Assembly (NCBI GenBank): GCA_002412925.1
Contig: DHVZ01000045.1
Coordinates: forward strand, 1,541 to 65,540
Direction of reading: 5' to 3'
Length of the DNA stretch: 64,000 nt
Source of the DNA: Anaerolineales bacterium UBA5195
Lineage (GTDB): Bacteria; Chloroflexota; Anaerolineae; Anaerolineales; Villigracilaceae
How positions within the stretch are numbered: the first letter of the stretch is position 1; every line of letters begins with the position of its first letter. Made by a program: the position numbers and the translations under genes. The notes beneath the pieces are model-generated. The model worked only from the letters and a program-made list of their open reading frames with translations. It did no database searches and was not told where the DNA came from. Of the stretch, positions 1-11,374 are shown piece by piece.

Positions 1-98
1 TGTTCAAAGCAGCCGATCAGCGCCTGTACCAGGCCAAAAAGAGCGGACGCAATACGGTCAATGGCAATCTGACCGTGAACGACTTTGCATCCCAGTGA
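1..98 (+). CDS. C-terminal end of a GGDEF-domain diguanylate cyclase (partial; starts upstream of window)
   Basis: Reading from nt 3 gives FKAADQRLYQAKKSGRNTVNGNLTVNDFASQ, ending at TGA 96-98. ADxxLYxAKxxGRNxV is the canonical last helix of GGDEF domains. Confidence 0.6.
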   Translation, partial: FKAADQRLYQAKKSGRNTVNGNLTVNDFASQ

Positions 99-131
99 AT
101 AAAGAAATCAGGGGTGAGTAATAGGGAAAAG

Positions 132-156
132 CGCTGCGGGTTTTCGCGGCGTTTTT
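132..156 (+). terminator. Intrinsic terminator after the partial GGDEF gene
   Basis: 7-bp stem CGCTGCG/CGCGGCG (one G-U pair), 6-nt loop, followed by TTTTT. Confidence 0.5.
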
Positions 157-258
157 CTGTATCATCGACTGCCTGAGGTTTGCAGTTGTGGGGATTCTGT
201 GGCAGTTGAAAACCAGTGCGAAAATTCATTGTGTTAAATTGTTGCGACGAATTGATTA

Positions 259-287
259 TTGACCCTCATCCTGTTTCATCTTACAAT
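259..287 (+). promoter_or_regulatory. Candidate sigma70-type promoter for kamA
   Basis: TTGACC (259-264), 17-nt spacer, TACAAT (282-287). It leaves a leader of about 130 nt before the ATG at 426. Confidence 0.4.
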
Positions 288-425
288 ACCTTTATGGTAT
301 TGATAACCTGTCATTTTGCAGGGTTTTTCCGGCCAGATCACGACCCTCCCTTCGTTCGAATCCGGTATACATGCTTTTAATCGACTTTAGACGTATTCCC
401 ATTTAATAATTCCCCGGAGGATAAA

Positions 426-1760
426 ATGTCACAACCCTTTGTTTCAAAACGCGCTCCAATTTACCAGGATGTACCCGAAGAGAAATGGAATGACTGGCGC
501 TGGCAATTAAGCAATCGTCTGAATAGCACCGAAGATATCGAAAAAGTATTAAGGCTGAGCGAGAGCGAACGCAAAGCGCTCAACACCAGCGGTCTGTTCC
601 GCGTGGATGTGACGCCCTACTTCATCTCCTTGATCGACCCAAACGACGCCGAAGACCCTATCCGCAAGCAGATCATCCCGTTGGCCGATGAAATGCAATC
701 TTTTACCGCCATGATGGAAGATTCGCTGGCCGAGGATCGTCACTCACCTGTGCCCGGGCTTGTCCACCGTTACCCGGACCGAGTGCTGATGCTGGTGACA
801 ACCCAGTGCGCGTCTTACTGCCGTTACTGCACCCGTTCGCGCATTGTCGGCGATCCTGGCCAGACCTTCAACCGCCAAGAATTCGAGATGCAGATCGAGT
901 ACATCAAAAACACCCCGCAGGTGCGCGATGTGCTGCTTTCTGGCGGCGACCCGCTGGTGCTGGCCCCGAAAATCCTGGAAGAGCTGCTCGGCCGCCTGCG
1001 TGAAATCCCGCATGTTGAGATCATCCGGATCGGCTCGCGTGTGCCAGTTTTCATGCCTCAGCGCATAACGCAGGAACTTTGTGATATGCTGGGTAAGTAT
1101 CACCCGCTGTGGTTGAATATCCACGTTAACCACCCAAACGAGATTTCTGCAGAACTGGAAGCGGCCACAGACCGTCTCAGCCGGGTGGGCATCCAGTTGG
1201 GCAACCAGTCGGTTTTGCTGGCGGGTGTGAACGACTGTGTCCATATTCAACGCGACCTGGTCCAAAAACTTGTTCGCATCCGTGTGCGCCCATACTATCT
1301 CTACCAGTGCGACCTGGTCGAAGGCGTTGGACACTTCCGTACCCCGGTGGCAAAGGGCATCGAGATTATCGAAGGCTTGCGCGGGCATACATCAGGATAT
1401 GCGGTGCCGCAGTACATCGTTGATGCGCCTGGCGGCGGCGGGAAAATCCCGGTCATGCCCAATTACCAGGTCAGTTCCTCGGATCACAAGGTTATTTTGC
1501 GTAACTACGAAGGATATATCACCACCTACGAAGAACCGACTGAGTATAAATCGCACGATCCAAAAACCTGCAAAGCCTGTCAGAACAAACGCATGGAACC
1601 TGGGCAGACTGGCATAACTGGCTTGCTGGATGGCGATGCCCTGTTTATTAAGCCCGAAGGTTTCGATGATTTACACAATCGTGGCGGCGGCCAGCACCGT
1701 CTCAGGGACGAAAGCAAGTGGAAACCGTTGGGCATCGGTTCCGACGATTCTGCAGACTAA
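426..1760 (+). CDS. kamA: Lysine 2,3-aminomutase (radical SAM, KamA/AblA family)
   Basis: 444-aa ORF with a GGAGG RBS. Radical-SAM cluster motif CASYCRYCTRS, SGGDPL motif, and KamA-like length with a C-terminal extension. Confidence 0.9.
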   Translation: MSQPFVSKRAPIYQDVPEEKWNDWRWQLSNRLNSTEDIEKVLRLSESERKALNTSGLFRVDVTPYFISLIDPNDAEDPIRKQIIPLADEMQSFTAMMEDSLAEDRHSPVPGLVHRYPDRVLMLVTTQCASYCRYCTRSRIVGDPGQTFNRQEFEMQIEYIKNTPQVRDVLLSGGDPLVLAPKILEELLGRLREIPHVEIIRIGSRVPVFMPQRITQELCDMLGKYHPLWLNIHVNHPNEISAELEAATDRLSRVGIQLGNQSVLLAGVNDCVHIQRDLVQKLVRIRVRPYYLYQCDLVEGVGHFRTPVAKGIEIIEGLRGHTSGYAVPQYIVDAPGGGGKIPVMPNYQVSSSDHKVILRNYEGYITTYEEPTEYKSHDPKTCKACQNKRMEPGQTGITGLLDGDALFIKPEGFDDLHNRGGGQHRLRDESKWKPLGIGSDDSAD

Positions 1761-1844
1761 TCCATCCCGAAAGATAGGGCACAGGCAAGCAGCCTCCAGA
1801 TTGACTTGTCTCTGCCCTGCCGGGAAACCTGTAAAGGAGTAAAA

Positions 1845-2405
1845 ATGAAAACTATCCGAGTATTCTCAATTGCCATAGCACTGGCTCTGTTTGTGGGAGC
1901 CATGGTTCCCTTTGCAGCCCAGCCTGTTGCCGCGCAAACCGGCCAGACTGTGCTGGTCACATCCCCAGTCCAGGCCTTTCTGGATGCTGCGAGCGGCATG
2001 TCGCTGCTTGCGCCGATAAGTATGACTGCTCCGTTGATCACGATGAGCGTCGAAAGTGCCCCCGCGGCCTCTGATTACGCCTGCGCGTTGGTCAAACAAA
2101 GCCCCAAGGATTACACCAAAATGAAGACACGCCAGTATTTTGATATGAAGTGGACTGTCCAGAATACCGGTACCCGCATTTGGTATGCCAATTGGGTTCC
2201 TTTCAAGTATATGGGCGGGGCAAAAATGCAAACTCGCGGCAGTACGTTTGGGTTGCCTGGGGACATCCATCGCGGCAAGAGAGCTACACTGGTTGTTGAT
2301 ATGGAAGCTCCCAAGACACAGGGCATTTACAGCACCACTTGGGGTCTTTACTCAGGGAGAAATGCCTTTTGCAGGGTTACCCTAACCATAGGTGTTTCTA
2401 AGTAG
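1845..2405 (+). CDS. Secreted protein with C-terminal NBR1-like (FW / Ig-like) domain
   Basis: AAGGAG RBS before ATG 1845. Signal peptide MKTIRVFSIAIALALFVGAMVPFAA. The C-terminal domain (MKWTVQNTGTRIW ... GIYSTTWGL) is paralogous to the next gene. Confidence 0.6.
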   Translation: MKTIRVFSIAIALALFVGAMVPFAAQPVAAQTGQTVLVTSPVQAFLDAASGMSLLAPISMTAPLITMSVESAPAASDYACALVKQSPKDYTKMKTRQYFDMKWTVQNTGTRIWYANWVPFKYMGGAKMQTRGSTFGLPGDIHRGKRATLVVDMEAPKTQGIYSTTWGLYSGRNAFCRVTLTIGVSK

Positions 2406-2441
2406 TAAGTGGACCATGCTCATGATCCTGCTGGATGGGCA

Positions 2442-3146
2442 ATGAACAAGTCAAAAGCTTTTGTTATGCTTGCATTGGCTATGGTGCTGGTAACGTCGGC
2501 CTGCTTGGTGACCTTGCCAGCACCGGCCTCTGTACCGGTCACGCTTACGCCTGACTTGGCCCAGACAGGAAACGCGCAAACCCTGACGGCTGTGCCTACA
2601 GCCACCCATACTGCGGTCCCGTTCCTTGCGACTGACACGCCTACAATCACGTTGACACCTTTTCCAAGCATAACACCGCTACCTAGCGCCACATCGACCG
2701 CGACTGAGACGCCATTCGGGTATTTTGAAACTTCCACACCGGTACCCCCCTCCGTCACAGTGCAGCCAACAGCTGAACCTCCAGACCCGGTTGAAGGCGC
2801 TAGCAACGAGCGTGGGGATTATCGGTGCAGGCTTGTTACAAAATCTCCCGCAAATTGGGCGGTTCTGCCAGCGCGCAGCTTGTGGAAGGTTTCGTGGACA
2901 TTGATCAACACCGGCCCAAAAACATGGGATAACAGTGTTGTGATTGCCTGGATTGAAGGTAATAAAATTGGTGTGGAAAAACAATACAATTTCATCAAGG
3001 ATGTCAAGCCTGGCCAGGATGTCAAGGCAATTATCTCGGTTTTGACCCCGGCAAAACCTGGTAACTACAGGTCAGTCTGGGGCTTGCGCTCGCTGAAGAC
3101 CAATAACATTTTTTGTATGTTTACCGTAAAAATCACGATTGAATAA
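2442..3146 (+). CDS. Lipoprotein-like secreted protein, Thr/Pro-rich linker plus NBR1-like domain
   Basis: ATG 2442 gives MNKSKAFVMLALAMVLVTSAC (lipobox-like). The C-terminal part, CRLVTKSPANW..WKVSWTLINTGPKTW..PGNYRSVWGL, parallels the preceding gene. Confidence 0.6.
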   Translation: MNKSKAFVMLALAMVLVTSACLVTLPAPASVPVTLTPDLAQTGNAQTLTAVPTATHTAVPFLATDTPTITLTPFPSITPLPSATSTATETPFGYFETSTPVPPSVTVQPTAEPPDPVEGASNERGDYRCRLVTKSPANWAVLPARSLWKVSWTLINTGPKTWDNSVVIAWIEGNKIGVEKQYNFIKDVKPGQDVKAIISVLTPAKPGNYRSVWGLRSLKTNNIFCMFTVKITIE

Positions 3147-4234
3147 TGACGAGCTGCTCCATGACCCGGAAAACTGTTGGTTATGTCGAATTAGAGTGGT
3201 CCTGCCCAAACTGCAATAACAAAAATCCCGGGACGCTGAAATCGTGCGGGACCTGTGGTTCGCCCCAGCCTGCGAATGTAGAATTTGAGCTTGGGCAAAA
3301 ACGTGACCTGATCGACGATGCGCAGAAAGTGTCTGCGGCTAAAAAAGGTGCGGATCTTCATTGTCCATACTGCAATACGCGCAATACGGCTGATGCGCAG
3401 GTTTGCATCCAGTGTGGCGGCGAGCTGAAAGAAGGGGTCAGGCGCGAAAGCGGGAAAGTGCTCATGGGCGAGCCAGTGGCCGTCGGAGCAGAAATAAAAT
3501 GCCCTGGTTGCGCCACCGTCAACCCGGCGGGGAGCGGAATCTGTCAGGCTTGCGGCGCTTCGTTGAGGGGGGCAAATCCGCCAACTCAAACGGTGACACC
3601 GGCTCCGGGTGCGAAATCTGCTTCCCTGCGCCCTTGGATGGCGCTTCCTGTGGTCGCTATCCTGGCCTTGTGCTGTCTGGTTGTCGGTTTTCTGTTCTTT
3701 CGAACTACATCCCTGAGTGGCACAGTGCAGAGCACTCGATGGCAGCGGATAATTGACATTGAGGCACAGCGCGAGGTGACCAAGGAAACCTGGCGCGACC
3801 GGGTTCCCGCTGGCTCAGAAGCCTTTTCTTGTTATGAAAAATACCGCAACCGCCAGGATGACCCTGCGCCGGGCGCCAAAGAAGTTTGTTCAACGGAATA
3901 CGTGGACCAGGGTAACGGTTCTGCCCAGGTTGTTGAAACCTGTTACTATGAAGTCTATGCTGACTACTGCAAATACAAGGCTTTGGAATGGCAAAAGACA
4001 GATCAAGCTGTGGCGCAAGGCGCTGATTTACAGCCTTATTGGCCGCAAGTGAACCTTGTCAGTGGACAGCGCGAAGGCAAGCGCATTGAAGAGTACAGCG
4101 TAGATTTCGACACCAGAGATGGTATTAAGCAATTCATAACCACCGATGCGGCTTTGTTCGTTCAATTCCAACCAGGCTCCCAATGGGCGCTTAGCGTAAA
4201 TACTTTTGGAAGTGTAGTGGATGTTTCCCCTTGA
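3146..4234 (+). CDS. Multi-zinc-ribbon membrane protein (unknown function)
   Basis: TAATG junction with the upstream gene. Four CxxC pairs (CPNC..CGTC, CPYC..CIQC, CPGC..CQAC), one TM (LPVVAILALCCLVVGFLFF), then a Cys-containing extracytoplasmic domain. Confidence 0.6.
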   Translation: MTSCSMTRKTVGYVELEWSCPNCNNKNPGTLKSCGTCGSPQPANVEFELGQKRDLIDDAQKVSAAKKGADLHCPYCNTRNTADAQVCIQCGGELKEGVRRESGKVLMGEPVAVGAEIKCPGCATVNPAGSGICQACGASLRGANPPTQTVTPAPGAKSASLRPWMALPVVAILALCCLVVGFLFFRTTSLSGTVQSTRWQRIIDIEAQREVTKETWRDRVPAGSEAFSCYEKYRNRQDDPAPGAKEVCSTEYVDQGNGSAQVVETCYYEVYADYCKYKALEWQKTDQAVAQGADLQPYWPQVNLVSGQREGKRIEEYSVDFDTRDGIKQFITTDAALFVQFQPGSQWALSVNTFGSVVDVSP

Positions 4235-4246
4235 GCAGGAGGTAAG

Positions 4247-5212
4247 ATGCATTATCGACGGTTAGGTCGTTCAGGCCTGAAAATCAGCGAAATTTCGCTC
4301 GGCGCGTGGGTCACATTCGGTTCACAAATAGATGAAAACACATCCATTGATCTGATCCAGGCTGCCTATGATGCTGGCGTCAACTTCTTTGATAATGCCG
4401 ATATTTATGCCAACGGACAAGCTGAACTTGTGATGGGCAAAGCCCTCAAGAGCATGCCGCGCGAAGCACTTGTCATCTCGTCAAAGGTATTTTGGCCCAC
4501 CATGCCAGGTCCGAACGGACGTGGGCTTTCCCGTAAACACATTATCGAATCTGTGAATGGCTCCCTCAAGCGCCTTGGCACCGATTACATCGACCTTTAT
4601 TTTTGCCATCGCTTCGACCCGGATACTCCCATTGACGAGATTGTCTTTACGCTGGATGCGCTGGTGCGTCAAGGTAAAATTCTATACTGGGGTACGTCTG
4701 AGTGGCGAGCCTGGCAAGTCTCAACAGCTTTTTCCATTGCCACCCAACATCATCTTATGCCACCATCCATGGAACAACCTCAATACAATATGTTCCATCG
4801 TCGCCGCGTGGAAATGGAGCTCTCTTCGCTCTGCAAAGAGTACGGATTGGGTCTCACAACCTGGAGCCCGCTATACTACGGCATTTTGACCGGCAAATAT
4901 AACGATGGCATCCCCGAAGGCAGTCGTGCCTCCATGGAAAGCATGGCCTGGATCCGTGACCGGATTACCCCCGAACGTGTGGCGATTGTCCGCGAGTTGA
5001 CGAACTTGGCGACTGAAATGGATATTACAACCGCTCAACTGGCAATCGCCTGGTTGTTGCGCCGCAAAGAAGTCAGCAGCGTGATCACAGGCGCCACCAA
5101 TTTAAACCAGCTACAGGATAACCTGGATGCTGCCGAAGCGCTGGAAAAACTGAACGATGACGTGCTCGATAAGATCGAGGCCATCTTGGGAAATTATCCC
5201 GACGAAGATTAA
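4247..5212 (+). CDS. Aldo/keto reductase (Kv-beta-like subfamily)
   Basis: AGGAGG RBS. N-terminus MHYRRLGRSGLKISEISLGAWVTFG, plus DNADIYANGQAE and WGTSEW motifs typical of AKR. Confidence 0.9.
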   Translation: MHYRRLGRSGLKISEISLGAWVTFGSQIDENTSIDLIQAAYDAGVNFFDNADIYANGQAELVMGKALKSMPREALVISSKVFWPTMPGPNGRGLSRKHIIESVNGSLKRLGTDYIDLYFCHRFDPDTPIDEIVFTLDALVRQGKILYWGTSEWRAWQVSTAFSIATQHHLMPPSMEQPQYNMFHRRRVEMELSSLCKEYGLGLTTWSPLYYGILTGKYNDGIPEGSRASMESMAWIRDRITPERVAIVRELTNLATEMDITTAQLAIAWLLRRKEVSSVITGATNLNQLQDNLDAAEALEKLNDDVLDKIEAILGNYPDED

Positions 5213-5273
5213 GCCTGTTGACCTTTTAGGACTTGCACAAAAGCACGGACGACCCCAAGCATAGAATACCTAA

Positions 5274-5304
5274 CCGCCCCAAAACTTGATTTGGGGCGGT
5301 TTTT
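5274..5304 (+). terminator. Intrinsic terminator
   Basis: Stem CCGCCCC/GGGGCGG with a 12-nt loop, followed by TTTTT. Confidence 0.7.
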
Positions 5305-5394
5305 GGCGTATTCGTGTGCCAAAAACAAAATTTGTCCTTGATTTTGACTCGCGTTTGTGCTATCTATAGGCTATCTTCTTGAATAAGGATTCCT

Positions 5395-6249
5395 ATGCAT
5401 CGCGAACGTGTCTCCGAGAATGTTTTCTGGTTTCAAAGCGAACTATACGCGCAGGTTACTGCAGGGGTGATTGCTGGACCTCAATGGGCAATCGTGATCG
5501 ATACGCTGGCCACCCCTGAAGAGACTTTAATCATGCGCGAGTTTGTTGAGCACGAGCTTGGACTGCAAGTCCGCTATGTGATCAACACCCATTACCATGC
5601 CGATCACACCTGGGGAAACTGTTTCTTCCCTGGCGCCACAATCGTAGCTCACTCCCTGTGCCGGGAATGGATGCGCGAAAAAGGCACTCCCTCGCTCGAA
5701 ACCGCCAAAAAGCAAAATAATGCCCTGCGGCAGGTCAAAATTGTCCTCCCACACCTGACATTTAGCGATGGCGAACTGACCTTGCGCGTTGGCAAGAAGA
5801 ACCTGATTCTTTCTTCGGTGAAGGGCCACAGCGCCGATGGCATCTCTGTTCTGGTTGAGGAAGACCGCATCTTGTTTGCCAGTGATGCTTTCATGCCCAT
5901 GCCATATATTGTCGATGGAGACCTTGACGAGCTGGCAGCTTCCATCAAGAAAATTGGCCGCATGGGGCTCGAGAATATTGTCCAAGGACATGGTGACATT
6001 ATTTTGCGCGGGGAGATTGATGCGGCAGTAAAAGAAAACCTGGCATATCTTTCAGCAATCCGTAAGGCGGTACGCGTGGCGATTAAACGTAAGTCGCCCC
6101 TGGAATATCTCGATGAAGTTGGCATTGAGGAGTGTGGCAAGAGTCGCGTATACCTGGGCGGTCTTGCCGAGTCGCTTCACAGGCGCAACCTGCGCGCCCT
6201 TTACCGGCAAATGCTTGAAAACAAAGACAATCTCAATGTTGAAGAGTAA
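5395..6249 (+). CDS. MBL-fold metallo-hydrolase
   Basis: The HYHADH motif (HxHxDH) and downstream His/Asp ligand pattern. 284 aa. Confidence 0.85.
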   Translation: MHRERVSENVFWFQSELYAQVTAGVIAGPQWAIVIDTLATPEETLIMREFVEHELGLQVRYVINTHYHADHTWGNCFFPGATIVAHSLCREWMREKGTPSLETAKKQNNALRQVKIVLPHLTFSDGELTLRVGKKNLILSSVKGHSADGISVLVEEDRILFASDAFMPMPYIVDGDLDELAASIKKIGRMGLENIVQGHGDIILRGEIDAAVKENLAYLSAIRKAVRVAIKRKSPLEYLDEVGIEECGKSRVYLGGLAESLHRRNLRALYRQMLENKDNLNVEE

Positions 6250-6251
6250 CC

Positions 6252-6300
6252 CTCTGGAAACAAAAACCGGCTCATTGTGAGCCGGTTTTTGTTTCCAGAG
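6252..6300. terminator. Bidirectional terminator, long perfect palindrome between convergent genes
   Basis: CTCTGGAAACAAAAACCGGCTCA / TGAGCCGGTTTTTGTTTCCAGAG is a perfect inverted repeat of about 23 bp. The inner GC stem is flanked by an A-run and a T-run. Confidence 0.75.
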
Positions 6301-6306
6301 ACTATG

Positions 6307-7020
6307 CTATTCCACGTCTTCGATTGCATCAGACGCCTCACGCTGTTCTTGTTTTGCCTTGAGTCGCCCGTGAAGGCTGACGCTGACCACCCGTTCGGTG
6401 CCATTCAACAACTTTTTTATATTTGGTCTCAACGCCCAGGTAAGCAATGCCCCTGCAATCACACCGTAGAAGATACCGCTCCAATTAGCTTCGGAAGCGC
6501 CCAGCGCCAGTCGCAGGCTGAAGACCAGGATGGCAAAAAATGCCACGCTGAGGGTAGTCACAGAAGCGTATCCCAGGGTAAAAAACACCAGCGCCCCCAG
6601 CGGCAAGATGATCAGCACTGAAGGTATCCATAACCCAATCGCGCCACCCAAGGCTGGGGCGCCTCCAGCTCCTCCGCGCAGACGTTTGAAACGGCCCTTT
6701 TCGTCATATTCTGGCAAATACAGGGAATAGTTATGGCCAAGGATGGCGCCAATTGGGGCCAGGATATGCACCCATTGACTGGCTGGGCTGAGCCATTGCG
6801 CCAGCCAGACGGCTATCGCCCCTTTTAAGATGTCCATCAGCGCCGTCAAAAGCCCGGCCCAGAATCCGGCTGCGCGCATGGCATTTGTCCCGCCGGTGCG
6901 GCCGCTTTCCACCTGGCGAATATCTTTCCCGGTTTTTAATTTAACAATAATCAGCCCGGATGGAATCGAGCCGATCAGGTATCCTAAGAGAACTAAACCG
7001 ATATCAATTAAAAGTTGCAT
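6307..7020 (-). CDS. plsY: Glycerol-3-phosphate acyltransferase PlsY
   Basis: GSIPSGLIIVKL, SGRTGGTNAMRAAG and GHNYSLYL motifs in a polytopic membrane protein. GGAGG RBS. Confidence 0.9.
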   Translation of the reverse strand: MQLLIDIGLVLLGYLIGSIPSGLIIVKLKTGKDIRQVESGRTGGTNAMRAAGFWAGLLTALMDILKGAIAVWLAQWLSPASQWVHILAPIGAILGHNYSLYLPEYDEKGRFKRLRGGAGGAPALGGAIGLWIPSVLIILPLGALVFFTLGYASVTTLSVAFFAILVFSLRLALGASEANWSGIFYGVIAGALLTWALRPNIKKLLNGTERVVSVSLHGRLKAKQEQREASDAIEDVE

Positions 7021-7071
7021 CCTCGCGCCTCCAATGGGTCTATGTTCGAAAACACAAAAACAGGTACGAAG

Positions 7072-7482
7072 TTACACATCAATCACCGTCAGCGGTACCT
7101 CTGCCGCATGACCTGCCTCAATCCAAAAACCGCGCGCTTGCCAGCGGCGTCCCACTTTTGACCAGATGATGTTCACCACCCGGTAAGATGCCTCTGCGAT
7201 ATCCGTGGGAGACGGCACTGACGGGCCTTTTGGGTGGGAATGGAAAATTGCGACGATTTCTAACCCTTCAGATTCGATTTGCTCGATAGCCCTTAATTGC
7301 GCTTTGGGATCCATCTGGAAACGAACCCGGCTCCCCGCGGCATTTTTGACCGGCAAAACAACCTCCACGGCCCCGTTTTTACCTCCCAGTAAACCACAGG
7401 CCTCGAGCGGCGCCTCGTTATTGACATGGTGCTTCATCGTAAAAAGGTGTTCGCGCCTCAGTGCCAACAAATGATCTTCCAT
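7072..7482 (-). CDS. JAMM/MPN+ family metalloprotease (Mov34-like)
   Basis: E..(CG) upstream glutamate plus the HSHPKGPSVPSPTD JAMM motif (HxHx7Sx2D). 136 aa. Confidence 0.8.
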   Translation of the reverse strand: MEDHLLALRREHLFTMKHHVNNEAPLEACGLLGGKNGAVEVVLPVKNAAGSRVRFQMDPKAQLRAIEQIESEGLEIVAIFHSHPKGPSVPSPTDIAEASYRVVNIIWSKVGRRWQARGFWIEAGHAAEVPLTVIDV

Positions 7483-7484
7483 GC

Positions 7485-8345
7485 TTATCCTCGGAGTAAG
7501 AAAGCTGCAGCCCAGAAGACAACCAGTTCGATGGCGGCTTCGATACCGGCCCGGCGCGGTGAAATTTCATCACTCAGGTTCAGCGCCAGTTCTGTCAGCG
7601 CATACAGAGGTCCCAGCAACAACAATCCATACTGGATTGGCGTCACCGGCCAGTAATGCAGCGCAGCGGCGAGTTGCGTCAGGATAATGGCGATGCCAAT
7701 CGCCCAGGCAAATTTCCATTCCCGCGTGCGCAAGTGCAAGGCGCGCAGGGCAACCAACCCCGCAGCCGGGAAGACTGCCAACGCGATCAGCACAAGGCGT
7801 CCCGCTGCAAGGGATAGGGTCGTGGCCAGGATCAGGAAAAGCGCATATGAAAGCGCAACCAGTCCTGCAGAGGCCGCTGGGTGGCGAACATCCGAAGCGT
7901 CGAGGGCAATATATTCAGCCAGAAAAACCAGCAGCAGCAAAACCCCTCCGAGACCAAAACTCAACCACCAGGCCGGACCAAATGACAAGTTGTACAGCGG
8001 TACGCCAAGCACAAAAGCAGTCAGGGATGGCAGAATCCAGTGCTGGAAAGTATTCTCGCCTTCAAAGTGTGGATGCCCGCGTAAAAGCCAATCCATACCT
8101 GCTGCAGTCAACCCGGCAGCCATCAAGGTCGCCGCAACAGTCAAATTCAAGGGGACTGCAATCACAATCCCCATTAGATTGAGATTAAGAGCATAGCGCT
8201 GCGTCTCGATCAAATGCGCAAGAGCATATGCAAGTAAGACAACCGCAATCAAGACACTCAACCGATTGGAATCGGGCATGTGACGATGTTCTTCTGGCAT
8301 GTTTTCATTGTACCTGTCCCTGTCAGGGAGGGGAAGGGCGCACAA
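7485..8345 (-). CDS. Polytopic membrane protein, unknown function (start uncertain: TTG 8345, ATG 8300 or ATG 8279)
   Basis: Long hydrophobic ORF with at least 7 predicted TM segments. Its stop lies 2 nt before the JAMM gene start. Confidence 0.5.
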   Translation of the reverse strand: MCALPLPDRDRYNENMPEEHRHMPDSNRLSVLIAVVLLAYALAHLIETQRYALNLNLMGIVIAVPLNLTVAATLMAAGLTAAGMDWLLRGHPHFEGENTFQHWILPSLTAFVLGVPLYNLSFGPAWWLSFGLGGVLLLLVFLAEYIALDASDVRHPAASAGLVALSYALFLILATTLSLAAGRLVLIALAVFPAAGLVALRALHLRTREWKFAWAIGIAIILTQLAAALHYWPVTPIQYGLLLLGPLYALTELALNLSDEISPRRAGIEAAIELVVFWAAAFLLRG

Positions 8346-8412
8346 ACCGTGGCGGTTTGTTATGGCTTCGTTATCGGGCTAAAAATCCTGCCTGTGGTAG
8401 AATCAGGTGACT

Positions 8413-11362
<2,950 letters not shown>

Positions 11363-11374
11363 CACGTCAGACCG

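Noticed and set aside
230-425. Possible lysine riboswitch or other leader upstream of kamA
   Set aside because: A leader of about 130 nt exists after a plausible promoter. I could not find L-box conserved elements or a terminator/antiterminator pair, so the evidence is insufficient.
744-1388. 214-aa minus-strand ORF antisense to kamA
   Set aside because: Shadow ORF inside a confidently identified radical-SAM gene, with low-complexity Arg/Ala/His composition.
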